Assembly: GCF_018977255.1 (NCBI RefSeq)
Contig: NW_024704743.1
Location: forward strand, 26,476,001 to 26,540,000
Reading direction: 5' to 3'
Source of the DNA: Callorhinchus milii
Lineage: Eukaryota
DNA: 64,000 nt
Shown: piece after piece, positions 50,275-61,840 of the stretch
Layout: each line of letters begins with the position of its first letter
Position numbering within the stretch: position 1 is the first letter of the stretch
Notes under the pieces: generated by a model
What the model saw: only the letters and a program-made list of their open reading frames with translations
What the model was told of the DNA's origin: nothing
Database searches by the model: none
Program-made: the position numbers and the translations under genes

Positions 50275-50795
50275 TGGAGTCCTGTAGCGTATTGGTTAGA
50301 GCGCTCGCCTCCAAAGCGAGAGGACCCGGGTTCGATGCCCGGGCAGGGCAAAGTTTTCTTACTCCACACACCTATGTTTACTTAGCTATAACAATAATAC
50401 TTGCATTTGATGTAATGCTTTATCATGTCTTCGAGATGTCTCAAGGCGCATCACAGAATATACGTAAAGTGGAGTGCCTGTGTATTTTGTGGGCAAAAGT
50501 GGCAGACAATTGCGTACAGCAGTGTCCCACAAACAGTCGTGGATTGAGTGACCAAATTATTATTATTATTATGTTTTGAAGGGATTATTACTGCTGGAAA
50601 ACAATCGGCCAATCAACTAACAAACGTATGCCTACACACTGCTAGGTAAACAGAGGAGTGTGGAGTAACAAAACTTGCCTATGTTTTTGCCCTGCTGGGG
50701 AATCAAACCCAGATCCTCTCGCTTGCGTTAAGTAGGAACCTGGTTGTTAGTCGCTTGGCGAATCGCTCTTAGGGCGTAATAATTCCTTAAAAAAA
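50275..50795. mobile_element. Nested SINEs: a + strand subtype A copy (50275-50386 and 50729-50795) split by a - strand subtype A copy (50388-50727)
   Basis: The outer copy breaks at cctatgtttacttagc and resumes at taagtaggaacctggttgttagtcg, which are adjacent in intact copies. Confidence 0.88.
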
Positions 50796-50939
50796 CTGAA
50801 AGTTTCACAAAATGCATGTATTCTGTTTGTCTCTTGGGAGGAAGAACAAATTTGGATTTCTCATTAAGTAGGATCCAGAGCAACCCTTCCTGAGTGAGGA
50901 AAGAGAACAAAGGAAAGAAATGTACGTGACTGGGGAATT

Positions 50940-51360
50940 TTCTTTTGGTCAGCCGAGTGTCTGACACATGCGGAAACCCATGTTTGTGAGTATCCAAATT
51001 AAACTCAGTTTCATATTTTTTGCCTATGTCTGGAATATTGTTCCCTAGAACCATAGACCGACCCTACATACCGAATTCTAGAAAGTATTAGCAACATGTT
51101 GGCGAGAGCCTAGGCTTGGCGTCCCCAGAATGTATGGGGTAGTGTTAGAGTTTAACCAGTTAAAGACATATAGCTTGGCATTGAAAGCATTATTTGGCAA
51201 GCTTTCTCCTGTTTGTCCATCTGGGACTCCCTACCCATTAGCGTTGTGGGTTGCAGGATTAACAGATGCTGACTGGGAAGAATTCCTACTCTCATGAACT
51301 AGTCTGCCCTTCCACGTCCTGCTGACAAGCCGGTCTGGCTGTGCTACCATCAGCAGTGCC
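50940..51360 (+). repeat. Unclassified interspersed repeat (family X), longest copy
   Basis: ttttggtcagccgagtgtctgacacatgcggaaaccca..gagtatccaaa..gagagcctaggcttggcgtccccaga..gagtttaaccagtt..ctacccattag..gactgggaagaat. Confidence 0.75.
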
Positions 51361-52469
51361 CTAGAATACTGTGGATCCTCCTGGGGTGGTGGAATAGGGT
51401 CAAGTGCTCTGGGATGTGTGAGCGGCATTATACAAATGCAAGTTGTTGTTGAGGATAGTCACTAGTTGGTCATTTGACATCTGGCAAGTGCAGATTTGAG
51501 CCCTTACTACGTGATTGGCAGGTACCAGGGACTCTCTGTGAGCTTCTTAGTGATCAGCACCACTCAGCTTGAAATGAGAGCATTGAACCATCTTGTTGGC
51601 TACAGCTCAGACACACATCCCAACCCACTGAGAGATGGTTCCACCGGTTGGAGGTGTGGAGTTTGAGCAGCAAGTGCTTACCTCTGCATAAGAATCAAGG
51701 TGGATTCCAAGCCCTGGATATACGAACCCAACTCATATATAGACTTCACTGACTCCAGATAACTTCAGATAATGCCTCTCAGCAACTGTCATCCCAAACG
51801 TCTGTTTCCTTGATTATTTAAAGCAGTCCAGTATTCAAAAAATGAAACCAGTTTTAACTGAATGAAGCACAGTTACAAATTTGCAAAAGGAAACATTTTA
51901 TTCTGCATTGGGAGAAATAGGCTTCTCAATTAAAACAATTATCAAAGTTCCATTTTACAGCCTGAGGCAACCGAACAGAAACATTGTCTGGTCTGCACAG
52001 TTCTGATCAAAGAAGTTCTCAGAGAAGTGTCAGTGTTATGTTTGGACAGGATTCTAGTTGAGAACTGATGTGCAAAAGTACAATCAATCAAATATTTGTA
52101 TTCCTGTGTTTTAGTAACAGAATAATGGTACATCTTGTGGCCAGACTGTTCCTGATCTCCAGATCTTAATTCAATCCAATATTTCAATGAGTAGAAAACA
52201 AAGCTTGTTTTGTCCAAATGTTCTGAGTCATAATTAAGTAGTACCCAAGATATGGAGATAGGTCGCTATAAGAACACCTTAATTTTTTTTGTTTCGAAGA
52301 GCTGACTGGTTTATTGTCTGCAGGTTCCTCATATATCATAATCAGTGACAGAGGTTACACGTAGGCAGAAAAAGAGATTTGGCAGGTCTTGTAGAACCTT
52401 TTATTATTTAACCATTAGCTTACAGATTTTGTGTTGTTCTCTTGTCTCAGCTAGAGTTGGTTGTTCTCC

Positions 52470-52745
52470 TAATACCGTGGGATATGCACCAGTGTGGTCA
52501 TCTGGTCAGGCCACACCTAGAGTATTGCATGCAGTTCTGGTCACCGTGACTTAAGGGCCTACCCAGAATCAGTGCAGAGGAGAGCAGTGAGTGCCATCCC
52601 CAGTGTTAGAGGAATCAGCTATTAGCAATGATTAGATTAACTGAGGCTCTTCAGTTTTGAAAGGATATTTCTCAGAGGGGAACTTATAGAGGTATATAGG
52701 ATTTAAATGGGATTGAGAAAGTCAACCCAGAAGACTATATAATTC
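52470..52745 (+). mobile_element. CR1 LINE ORF2 C-terminal fragment
   Basis: Encodes SLVRPHLEYCMQFWSP..ESVQRRA..LFSFERIFLRGELIEVY, a CR1 signature. A probable tail remnant lies at about 53050-53120. Confidence 0.85.
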
Positions 52746-52859
52746 ATGTATGGAATATGCTGGTGTCTGGGTATGCCACTGACTTTAGCCCAATATAAGG
52801 GTGGAGTCTTCTGCAATCATTTCAATAATAGTTTGAGAAGTTTAAAGAGGACTAAAAAG

Positions 52860-53008
52860 TGCAGAGACTTTAACGCCCACCTGAACAAGCGGACAGGGCT
52901 GAGGTTTAATGACTAAACTGAAGGACAGCACCTCCGACAATGGGGCTTAAACCCACAACCCTCTGACTCAGAGGTGAGAGTGCTACCAGCTGTGCCAGTT
53001 CTGACACA
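52860..53008 (-). mobile_element. Deu-SINE fragment (core and head, internal deletion)
   Basis: ctttaacgcccacctgaacaag..aaggacagcacctccgacaatg, then gggcttaaacccacaaccctctgactcagaggtgagagtgctacc. Confidence 0.75.
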
Positions 53009-54424
53009 CAAAATTAGCCAAGTTTATGATAAGTACAATAATACATACTAAACCTGTGGAGGGAACAAGTTTGATGGACTGAATGGCCTGATTTTATTCC
53101 TTACTTTTACTCCTCATATCCTCAACTTTCCTTTTATCCATTTTCTTTCGTCATATCTTGAAGGAGATGAGTATAATAATATGCCAAGCTACTGTTCTTG
53201 GGGCAATCCTGTGATACCTGGTCTAAAAACACAAGCTTTATTGGTGAGTTACACTGCAGCACCAAAGTGACGCATTGGTCTAGTCTACCTATCCACCTTC
53301 CCGCACTGTATCACCACTGTGTCTAACAACCTGAATCCTTCCAGCCTCGCCACATACGGTGCAGGGAAAACCAATGCTTTGCCAATACTAGTAGCCTCTG
53401 GGCAAGCTGTTGTAGTGATGTGAGATGTTGATTATAGTGTAGTTTGTTGTTATTTTCTTTTGTTAAATTTTTGCTACTGTTTTTTGTGAAGAATCCAGCA
53501 GAAGTCAAATGATTCAGAACTTAGTGATCAATGAATAGTCTTTGAAAATAGCATTATTTTTTGACAAAAAGGGATTGTTTACCCAGTGTCTGTCTACACC
53601 AGCTAAGCTCCCCAACCGTATAATGGAGAAGTAATAGGCGAACAATAATTAATATACTGGGAAAAGTATGGCATTTGAGAAGTGTGATTGAATTTGCATA
53701 AGAACAAGAGCAAAACTTGGATGATTTTAGTATCGTGCATCCAGAGAAGCTGTCAGATTTTTTTAAAAAATGAATGCTTAATTCATGCTTGCAAATGCAT
53801 GGCATTCATATGAAAGGCGCTGCAGGAAAGCTCAAATTACGGTGCATACAATGGCAATATATCTAAAAGAATGGCTCTCTGGGTAGCCGAGACAATTTTT
53901 GATGGCATGCAGGCACTCTTAATGTTCATAAAAAGACTGAATAAAATACATTTCTTTTCTCTGTGAAGGAACATAAAAGGGCTTCATTTATCTTAATCCA
54001 CTCTTCTTACCAGTGTGCCTCTCCCCCTGCTTTCATTATCAGGGAGGATAGCAGGAGTCAGGCTCCATGATTGCTTTCTAGACCACTAAATGGCAATGTC
54101 CTGGCATCACTTCACACATGCCGGGCAATGGGTTCAACTGAGCCAAAGTTCAGCAGCAATTGCTTTGAATGGCCGAGAGGAATTTCATTACTTCACATTG
54201 TCAGGTGGGCTAGAAAACCATGTTCCATTAAAATTAAGAGGAATTAAGCATAGCCATTGCTACAATCTTTTTAAAAAAGTTTTTACAAATCTGGATTTTT
54301 GAAAACGATTGCGCTCAAGAGAACAGTTGTGCAAAACATAAATATGAGTAAAATGGGTACCTTTAGTATCCAAGATTTGTAATTATAATTTCAATCACTC
54401 TTGGCACATTTTTCAAAGATAATT

Positions 54425-54732
54425 TCAGACTGTCCTTTGGATGAGACATTTTAAACCAAGGTCCTGTCTGCCTGTTCAGGTGAATGTTAAAGGTCCCCTG
54501 GTACTATTCGAAAAGAGAAAGGAGTTTCTCCTGGGGTCCTGGCCAACAATCCTACAAATAAAAAACATTCCATGACTATTTGCGGACATTAATGTGGCCA
54601 AACTGGCTTCCGCGTTTCGCCCATAAAATACACAGTCAGTCCACTTTACAGTAAATCCTGTGATGTGCTTTGAGACATCTTGACAACCTGAAAGGGGGTT
54701 ATATCAAATGTAAGGATTATTTTTATTATTAT
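54425..54732 (+). mobile_element. Deu-domain SINE, 5'-truncated
   Basis: tgtcctttggatgagacattttaaaccaaggtcctgtctgcctgttcaggtg..ggagtttctcctggggtcctggccaaca, followed by the tail. Confidence 0.85.
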
Positions 54733-55057
54733 AAATACAATAATAATATAATAATAAGCAACTTCAATAATAGGCAACTTCTAGCCTATTTAATTTGTGT
54801 CCGGCACTAGAGGAAATATTTGGTGTACTCTGCAGTAGTAATAGGTAGGGTGTAATATGATAAAGAAATCAGTGTCTTGCAACAAGGGCTAACTAATGTG
54901 ATAAAAACAATCCCATGCCAGTTGGTCTTGTTCCTGTAAGTAGATCTAATGTTGAGGATTGGGTGGCAGGACAGTAATAGAAGCATTCTCAAGCCTTCTT
55001 GAGCCTGTTAAGCACTCTGAGATACCGCCCTGAATGAAAGCCGCTAAATAAATACAA

Positions 55058-55880
55058 GTTGATGACACCCAACTCTACCTCTCTGGCTCCACCCTTGACT
55101 CCAGGACCACTACTGTCCTGACTGAATGTCTGTCGGACATCAAATCCTGGATGAGGGCTAACTTTCTTCAGTTGAACATCAACAAGACCAAGGCTCTCCT
55201 GATTGGCTCCCGTCAGCGCCTCCATACCTTAGGCGCTGACAGCATCACCATCCATGGTTGCACACTCCACTTTGCTAAGTCAGTCGGGAACCTTGGGGTC
55301 TTGTTTGACCCTCAACTATTCTTTCTACTCCACATCTGCGCTATGACCCGCTCTACCTTTCCCCACCTTGGCAATATCGCCTGGCTCCGACACTGTCCCG
55401 CAGGTCGCCAAAACCCTCATACATGCTTTCACTACATCGAGGCTCGATTATATAAGCTCATTGCTTGGCGGCCTCCCCAACTCCTCCCTCCACAAATTGC
55501 AGATCATCCAGAACTCTGCAGCCCGCGTCCTCTGCAGAACTAGGCTCCGCAACCCTATCACTCCCATCCTCGCCCAACTCTACTGGCTTCCCATCACACA
55601 GAGGATACAGTTCAAGATCCTGGTCCTTCAAAGCCCTCCATGTTCTTACCCCCCCCCCACCTCTGCGACCTCCTAACCCCCTACCATCCTGCTCACTACC
55701 TCCACTCAGCGGGCACTGGCCTGCTTCATTTCCCCCGCCTCACTTGCCCTACTATCAGCGGGCGAGCCTTCCACCACTCTGCCCCACCTTCTGGAACTCC
55801 ATCCCGCAGTCCGTCCGCCTCGCACCCTCCCTTGCCACCTTCAAGACTCATCTCAAGCCCCTCCTCTTTGACTGTTGTTG
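55058..55880 (+). mobile_element. L2 LINE ORF2 C-terminal ~820 bp, frameshifted
   Basis: Encodes DDTQLYLS..LTECLSDIKSWMRANFLQLNINKTKALLIG..LIHAFTTSRLDY..LQIIQNSAARVL..LYWLPITQRIQFKIL. Confidence 0.93.
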
Positions 55881-56924
55881 TTCTTGTGTAATCCCACAAT
55901 TGATGGTAGGTGCAAACCAGATTCAATGGCATTAATTGAGACTCCTGCTTGGGTTATATTGTATTTTGAGATTCCCAAAGCAGTTAATTGTGAATCCCAA
56001 CAACTGGCAAAATCCCATAAAACTGCTGTATGATGTCCTCAGGACAAAAGTGATATGCTGCACTTCTGGCTCTTCTCCACCCTAAACAGAATACGTCTCA
56101 TCAGTTATTCTTCACCAAAAACAATGTACCAGCACAAATTGGGTTTAATAATAATAATCCTTGCATTTGATATAGCGCCTTATTATGCTGTTGAGACGTC
56201 TCAAAGCACTTCACAGTATATACTGTGAAGTGGATTGACTGGTTTGTCCTTATACCATATTAAGTGTCATGATGCAAACTGTTTATTTTAGCCTGCACGG
56301 CGCAGTTAATCCTTTGATCAGGAGGAAGAAAGCAAGAACACTCAGTCCTCAGCCACTTTATGTCACTATAACCAAGTTGCTATTCAAACTGCTGGCAATT
56401 CTACAAAGTAACTGTTAATATCTTACCCTCAGCCAAACAGATGTGATTTTGCGATTCACGTTCACTTACAAAATATAGTCAATTCTTTACAGTACTGTAT
56501 ATCTTAGGAGGAATTTTTAAACATCCTCCTGATGTGAAAGGTGCCACATCAAATGCAAGAATTATTATCAATAATAATAACAATAACTTTCAAACGACAG
56601 TTTTATTCTCAGGATTAAAAACAATAGATTTTGTTAATACAGCTAGTTTCTGCCCATTCTCTCCATTTCCCTTCCTATTCTCCTGAAGATGCATTTTTTG
56701 CCTTTCACTGGGACCCTCTTCCATGGTCACTCGGTGTCTTGTCAAGTGACCAAATTAATGTATGAACGTTGATACTGCAGTGAGTTTTGGCTGAAGTGGG
56801 CGTTACCAATGAACCCAATCCTGCCCTCATATAATGAGCACACACTCGCTTCTTTCAGGTACAATTATCTATTTGTGTCAACTGTCGGACACACACAGAA
56901 ACCCATCACCACAGTTAAGGGTCT

Positions 56925-57302
56925 CCAACTCGCCTTCAAAGCCTTGCATGGCCTGGCTCCTTCCTACCTCTGTGACCTGCTAATCCCATATCAACCTGTC
57001 CGCTTCCTCTGCTCCACCACCCCCAACGAGGCCCGCCCCAACATCTACGGTCGGGCCTTCAGCTTCTCTGCTTACACCCTTTGGAACTCCGTCCCATAGT
57101 CCCTTCATCTTGCTCCTACCCTTGCCCCCTTCAAAGCATGTCTCAAGACCCTCCTCTTCGACTGCGCATTCGGCCACCCTCCTACTTTCCCTCCCCTCCA
57201 CGCTCTCCAAACCCCGATCCTATTCCCCTGCTTGGGTCCAGCGCCTTGGGACGTCCTCTCGATGTGAAATGCGCTTTATAAATGTAATTTGTTGTTGTCG
57301 TT
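56925..57302 (+). mobile_element. L2 LINE 3' end
   Basis: Encodes LAFKALHGLAPSYLCDLL..GRAFSFSAYTLWNS; tail gcgccttgggacgtcctctcgatgtgaaatgcgctttataaatg..ttgttgttg. Confidence 0.9.
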
Positions 57303-57439
57303 GCCATATAATAATTATAATCCTTGCATTTGATGTAGCGCCATATCACGTCTTCAAAACTCTCAAAGCGTTTCACACAATATGCTATAAAGTGAATTGA
57401 CTGCAATTCAATATTTTGTGGGCAAAACTTATTTTGTGG

Positions 57440-57750
57440 GCGCTGTGCATGGGTTTGTGCCTGCAAATTTCCCTGTGTCTGATATGGACTCCAGAGTGAC
57501 ACACCCTGCTAACCTAATGCAGGGAGTGTGCATTCAGGTACTGCTGGAGTTTAATCAGTTACTACTCTGCCATTGCAAACACTGGCAAGATTCCTGCTGC
57601 TTGCTCAACCAAGATTATCCTACCCATTAGGGATTTAGATTGCAAGGTTAACATGAATCGAGTGGGAAGAATCATTGTCCCTAGTCATTCATCTGCTCCT
57701 CCAAGACCCACAAATCAACTGGACTGGCTAGTCAGCTAGTCAACAATACC
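57440..57750 (+). repeat. Unclassified interspersed repeat (family X), 3' part
   Basis: acacaccctgctaacctaat..ctgctggagtttaatcagtt..cctacccattag..gagtgggaagaat is collinear with 51050-51300. Confidence 0.6.
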
Positions 57751-58026
57751 CTTAAGTATTGCGGACTTGCCTGACTCACGAACTGAGACTGCCTCAGAAG
57801 ATTGACTGACCATTGGAGGGGTTACTATTATTTGATTTTCTACAACTCTTAGCACAAATATATATTTTGTTTGCACTGTAGCATAGTTTGTAAACTTTGA
57901 TCGCTTTCAAACGAGTCTTTTTTTGTTCAGAACAATAGCTTGTTGACTCATTACAAACCACACTGATCAAATTTAGGTTTTCATAGCTTGCTTCCCATTT
58001 TTACATGTATAACGCACTGCTGTACA

Positions 58027-58195
58027 ATCAACAACAAGAAGATTCCATTTATAGAGCGCCTTTCACGTCGGGAGGACGTCCCAAGGCGCTGTACAGTTGG
58101 GTCAGGACCCGAGCAGGGGGGAAATGGTCAGGGTGAGGGGAGGGAGCGAGGAGGGGGTAGAGAGTCGAGAGGGGAGCTGAAGGCACGGTCAAAAA
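58027..58195 (-). mobile_element. Young L2 3' UTR/tail (same subfamily as 33320-33792)
   Basis: The rc is near-identical to 33580-33790. Confidence 0.9.
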
Positions 58196-58399
58196 AATCA
58201 TCTTTTTAAATCTGTTTAAATCCCATCTGCTTAAATCTCTCCCCTATTTCTCGCTTCTTCAGAACTATCTCCTCTGCCTGTTGTCAGGGAAACTGATAGA
58301 TTATTTGTTCCCAATGCTGTGCTGATGAGAAACCCCCATAGACTGATGTGCTGACCCTCTGGAGGGTCCTCACCAATTTTGCTTTACTCTATCCCCTTG

Positions 58400-58650
58400 A
58401 AATCACCCGCCTCCCCTCCACTTCACCTCAAACACAGACAAAAGCCTCAACCACACCTTTGTCACCTGAAGAGACTTCTCTAATGCCCTCCTCACCGGAC
58501 TACCTAGCTTTACCCTCTTCGAGCTTTGGGTCATCCAGAACTGCTCGACCTGTATCTTTTCGTGTAGAAAGCTTCTCAAGCCCATCACCCCCATCCTTGC
58601 CAATTAGTTTAACTACGTGAAAGGTGATGTAAAACTATGAGTTGTTGGGG
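58400..58650 (+). mobile_element. Old L2 ORF2 C-terminal fragment
   Basis: Encodes ITRL..LNHTFVT*RD FSNALLTGLP..LWVIQNCS-like sequence, with a degenerate tail acgtgaaagg..gagttgttg. Confidence 0.6.
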
Positions 58651-58814
58651 TCTTACAAGGCACATCGCAGAATCACAGGCACATCCCTGAATCGCGGAGG
58701 GGAGTTGGTAGGGTGGGTAGTTCAGGGCTAGAGTACCAGGAGGTCAATGCTGATTGATTGGGCGTATCACAAGACCAATCCTGAATGCTCCCACTCCATA
58801 GCAATTCACAAATA

Positions 58815-59022
58815 CACTGTATGCCCAGAGTGTTCTCAGATGGGGCTGTTTTAAAGATTTCAAAAGGGAATTAGATAAATATCTTAAAAGGAGTCAGCAA
58901 CAGGGGTGCGTATGGGGAAAGGCCTGGAAAGTGAGCCTGAAAGGGTTGCTCTTACACGAGCCGGCAGAGACACGGTGGGCCAAATGTCCTTCTTCTGTGC
59001 TGTAAATTTCTATGGTTCTGTG
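58815..59022 (+). mobile_element. CR1 LINE 3' end
   Basis: Encodes FKRELDKYLKR; 3' UTR gagccggcagagacacggtgggccaaatgtccttcttctgtgctgtaaatttctatggttct. Confidence 0.85.
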
Positions 59023-59090
59023 TTGAGGCTGATACCCTGATTTTGTCATTCTGCATGATTCTTTACTCTTGTTTCGAATTTCCCGCTTAG

Positions 59091-59288
59091 GACTCGGAAT
59101 CCCTCGACACCTACATCCAGAACACTCTCTCCGCTCTGTACCCTCCGTTCGAAGCCACTGCAGCCACCGTCCTATGGCAGCTCTTCCATGTGGTCGAAAA
59201 ATCTTACCGTGGTGATGGGCTCCGCTGTCTGATTGATTTCCTGGTCCCGGCCAAGAGGATCTTGCAGTGCATTCAGCAGGACACGTGT
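59091..59288 (+). CDS. PLEKHG4B: Internal coding exon (phase 0/0) encoding the conserved N-terminal domain of a PLEKHG4B-like Rho guanine nucleotide exchange factor
   Basis: A pyrimidine tract and ttag| acceptor at 59090, 66 open codons [66 protein letters not shown], and a consensus |GTAAGT donor at 59289. CpG is raised relative to the flanks. LYPPFEATA..FLxPAK is the PLEKHG4B/ARHGEF40/KIAA1755 N-terminal motif, and ATVLWQLF matches PLEKHG4B as I recall it. The paralog call is less certain than the exon itself. Confidence 0.9.
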
Positions 59289-60028
59289 GTAAGTAAAAAA
59301 AACACCACAGGGAACAGAGGCCAGGATTGTTCTTGCCTTTGCAACACATAAAGCACACCACAAAATTCCCAGGAGTCTTGTGGAACCGCGCAGCACCTAT
59401 AATCTGTCAACAAAAAAAAGTGGGTTTAGCCAGAGTCCTCTTTCAATCCAGAAGCACTCATGTGTGCCGTTGCAAACTGATATTTAAGCAGGTTTCTGAT
59501 TTTATTTGTGTGTGCAACTGCCCACAGGATTTGTGTGTCTGAACATTCCTTGGAGAGAGGAATATCTTTCTGGTTGCTAATGGTAAAAGCCTTGGCAGGA
59601 TTATGTGTTTGAGATATGGGGGTGGTAGGGAGAGAACCACTTTATCCAGTGATTTACTGAACAGGGATAATGAATGCTTTCAGGTGCAGACCAGAATGTG
59701 TGGACAAAAGATGAAGGGGTTGGTAATCTTTGTGTATGCCCGCTTTCAGTATTTATTAGCTGTAAAAGCATTTCTTTTGAAAACATCAAAAGTGCTAATG
59801 TGAGTCGGTGATTCCATTGGATCTGTTTAATCCAGTTGTCAAACCTCTTGCCATGAAGGGTATCATCTTGATAGAGTTGTATTCCAAATTGATTTATTTT
59901 ATTTTCAATTTTCTCCTGTCCACTCCTCTTGATGGGGATCCAGTTTCACTGGCAACAACTGACTCAGGTACCTCACACAGTTATATGTGTATGAGCCTAG
60001 CTGTTGACTGCCAGCAGGCTATGTAAGT

Positions 60029-60306
60029 GTAGTTCTGTAGCTCAGTGGTCAGAGCACTTGCCTCGCAAACGAGAGATCTGGGTTTGATTCCTGCAGGGCA
60101 AAACCTTGGGCAAGTTTCCTTACTCCGCACGGCTGATAATAATCCCTCAAGAAGGAAAAGAACAATAATAAATCGGTCACTTCAATCCACGACTTTTTGT
60201 GGGACACTGCTGTGCGCAATTGGCTGCCGCGTTTCGCCCACAAATATACAGTCAATTCATTTTACAGTATATTCTGTGAAGCGCTCAAGTGCAAAGATTA
60301 TTTTAT
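60029..60306 (+). mobile_element. tRNA-derived SINE with B-type central deletion; tail stem-loop deleted
   Basis: Head ctgtagctcagtggtcagagcacttgcc and an intact body. The tail is collapsed to gaagcgctcaagtgcaaagattatt. Confidence 0.88.
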
Positions 60307-60492
60307 CAGGGAGAGAGTGTGCATTCAAAATTTCCTTGTGTTTGGAAATGTGTACCACCTACACATTGGAGACACATGGATATTTCCATGTGTAGGTGGT
60401 ATACATATGTAGTCTGCTCAGTCTGGTTTGGATACTCTTAACTATGGTGATGGATTTCCGCATGTGTTAGACAATTGGCTGACTAAAAATAA
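60307..60492 (-). repeat. Unclassified interspersed repeat (family X) with an added internal palindrome
   Basis: gggagagagtgtgcattc..tttccatgtgtaggtgg..gctcagtctggtttggatactctta..ccgcatgtgttagaca..ggctgactaaaaa. Confidence 0.8.
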
Positions 60493-60974
60493 ATCTGGGT
60501 TGGGGTGGATGTGGGATCAGGCTCAAGTGTTTTCTCCCGAACTAAAAACTAGTAAAACTGTCTGTAAAGAGGAGCCTGAAATTCTCTGGATCTGATGATA
60601 GTCTTAAGGATTAAAGCTTCTTTGCTCTATCTGATTGGCACAGTAAACGTTATCTCATGGAAATAAAGAACTGTACTGCTTTGAGAAACATCTGTCCAGA
60701 ATTTTATTTATAAAGCATTTGAGGAGTACCAGGAACGGCAGTGTTTCCTAGAATATGGCAGGACAGAGAGTATCAGAGGCAGGACCTGTATAGAACAAAG
60801 GGTTGTTGTTTGGCTGGTAATATTAGTTATAAAATATGAAAGGAAGTAAAATGAGCTTGATGTGTCATCAAGATTAAAATACAGTCTTGTTCCTTGTAAT
60901 CAATAGGAATTGAAAGAAACCAATAACAGCAAAGTGCATGAACATAGCACCCAAAAAACAGTATCTAAGATTAG

Positions 60975-61088
60975 TTTCGCCCACAAAATATACAGTCTCT
61001 ACACTTTACAGTATATTCTGTGAAGCGCTTTGAGACGTCTTGTAGATGTGATTTGGCGTTATATCAAATGCAAGGATTATTGTTATTA
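60975..61088 (+). mobile_element. 5'-truncated SINE tail
   Basis: gtttcgcccacaaaatatacagtc..gaagcgctttgagacgtc..atcaaatgcaaggattattgttatt. Confidence 0.8.
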
Positions 61089-61379
61089 TGAGTTAAGGGA
61101 AAACGCAGTCCATTATCATTGGCAGGTCATCTGCCTGCTTTATCGTGATGTTTGGTTGACTTTCATTTGGAATTTGTGCCTCATCAGGGAGGATATTGTA
61201 TTTGTTGCTTGGGCTGCTTTTGCTAAACTGCAGATTAATTTGCCTCAATGATCAGTGCTGGCCTTCTGTCCTGCCTTTCACCAGGAGCCATTGATTCATG
61301 CTACATATGGCCCCACAAACAATGCTCACCCTCCAGGACCTCAACTGAATGACTTCTTCATGTCAGAACCTAGAAGGGT

Positions 61380-61650
61380 GCGTGTTGGCGGGTTATTCAA
61401 TTATAGTGGTGAATGGAGACGGGGAAAGTGTAGCCACCCCCGAAACTTGTATATTCACCTCCTCAGACAAGCACATCTTCTGGCAGGGAATTGCTAGATA
61501 GTGAACACAGACGAGATCTTTGGCTGATTTAATTCCTGTCACAGCCAAGAAGGGCTGAGGCCAAATAAAATGATCCTGCCTCAGCTAGGATCAACTAACT
61601 CAGCCCAACCAGGCACTGAATTTGGCACCTTCAAGATCTGCATGGTTTAG
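61380..61650 (-). mobile_element. Ancient SINE-like repeat (family C)
   Basis: gggctgaggccaa..ggatcaactaactcagc..caccttcaagatctgcatggtttagtg. Confidence 0.5.
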
Positions 61651-61677
61651 TGTCAACAGTAATCTGCATGGTTTACT

Positions 61678-61840
61678 GTCAATCCACGACCGTTTGTGGG
61701 ACACTGCTGCGTGCAATTGGCTGCCGCGTTTCACCCACAAATATACGGTCAATTTACTTTACAGTCTATTCTGTGAAGCGCTTTGAGACGTTGAGAAGAC
61801 GTGAAAAGCTCTATATCAAATGCAAAGATTATTATATTAT
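61678..61840 (+). mobile_element. 5'-truncated young SINE (body and tail)
   Basis: tcaatccacgaccgtttgtgggacactgctgcgtgcaattggctgccgcg..aaagctctatatcaaatgcaaagattat. Confidence 0.88.

Noticed and set aside
58894..59396. Minus-strand ORFs of 155 aa and 74 aa
   Set aside because: They are antisense shadows of the real + strand exon and adjacent CR1 tail.
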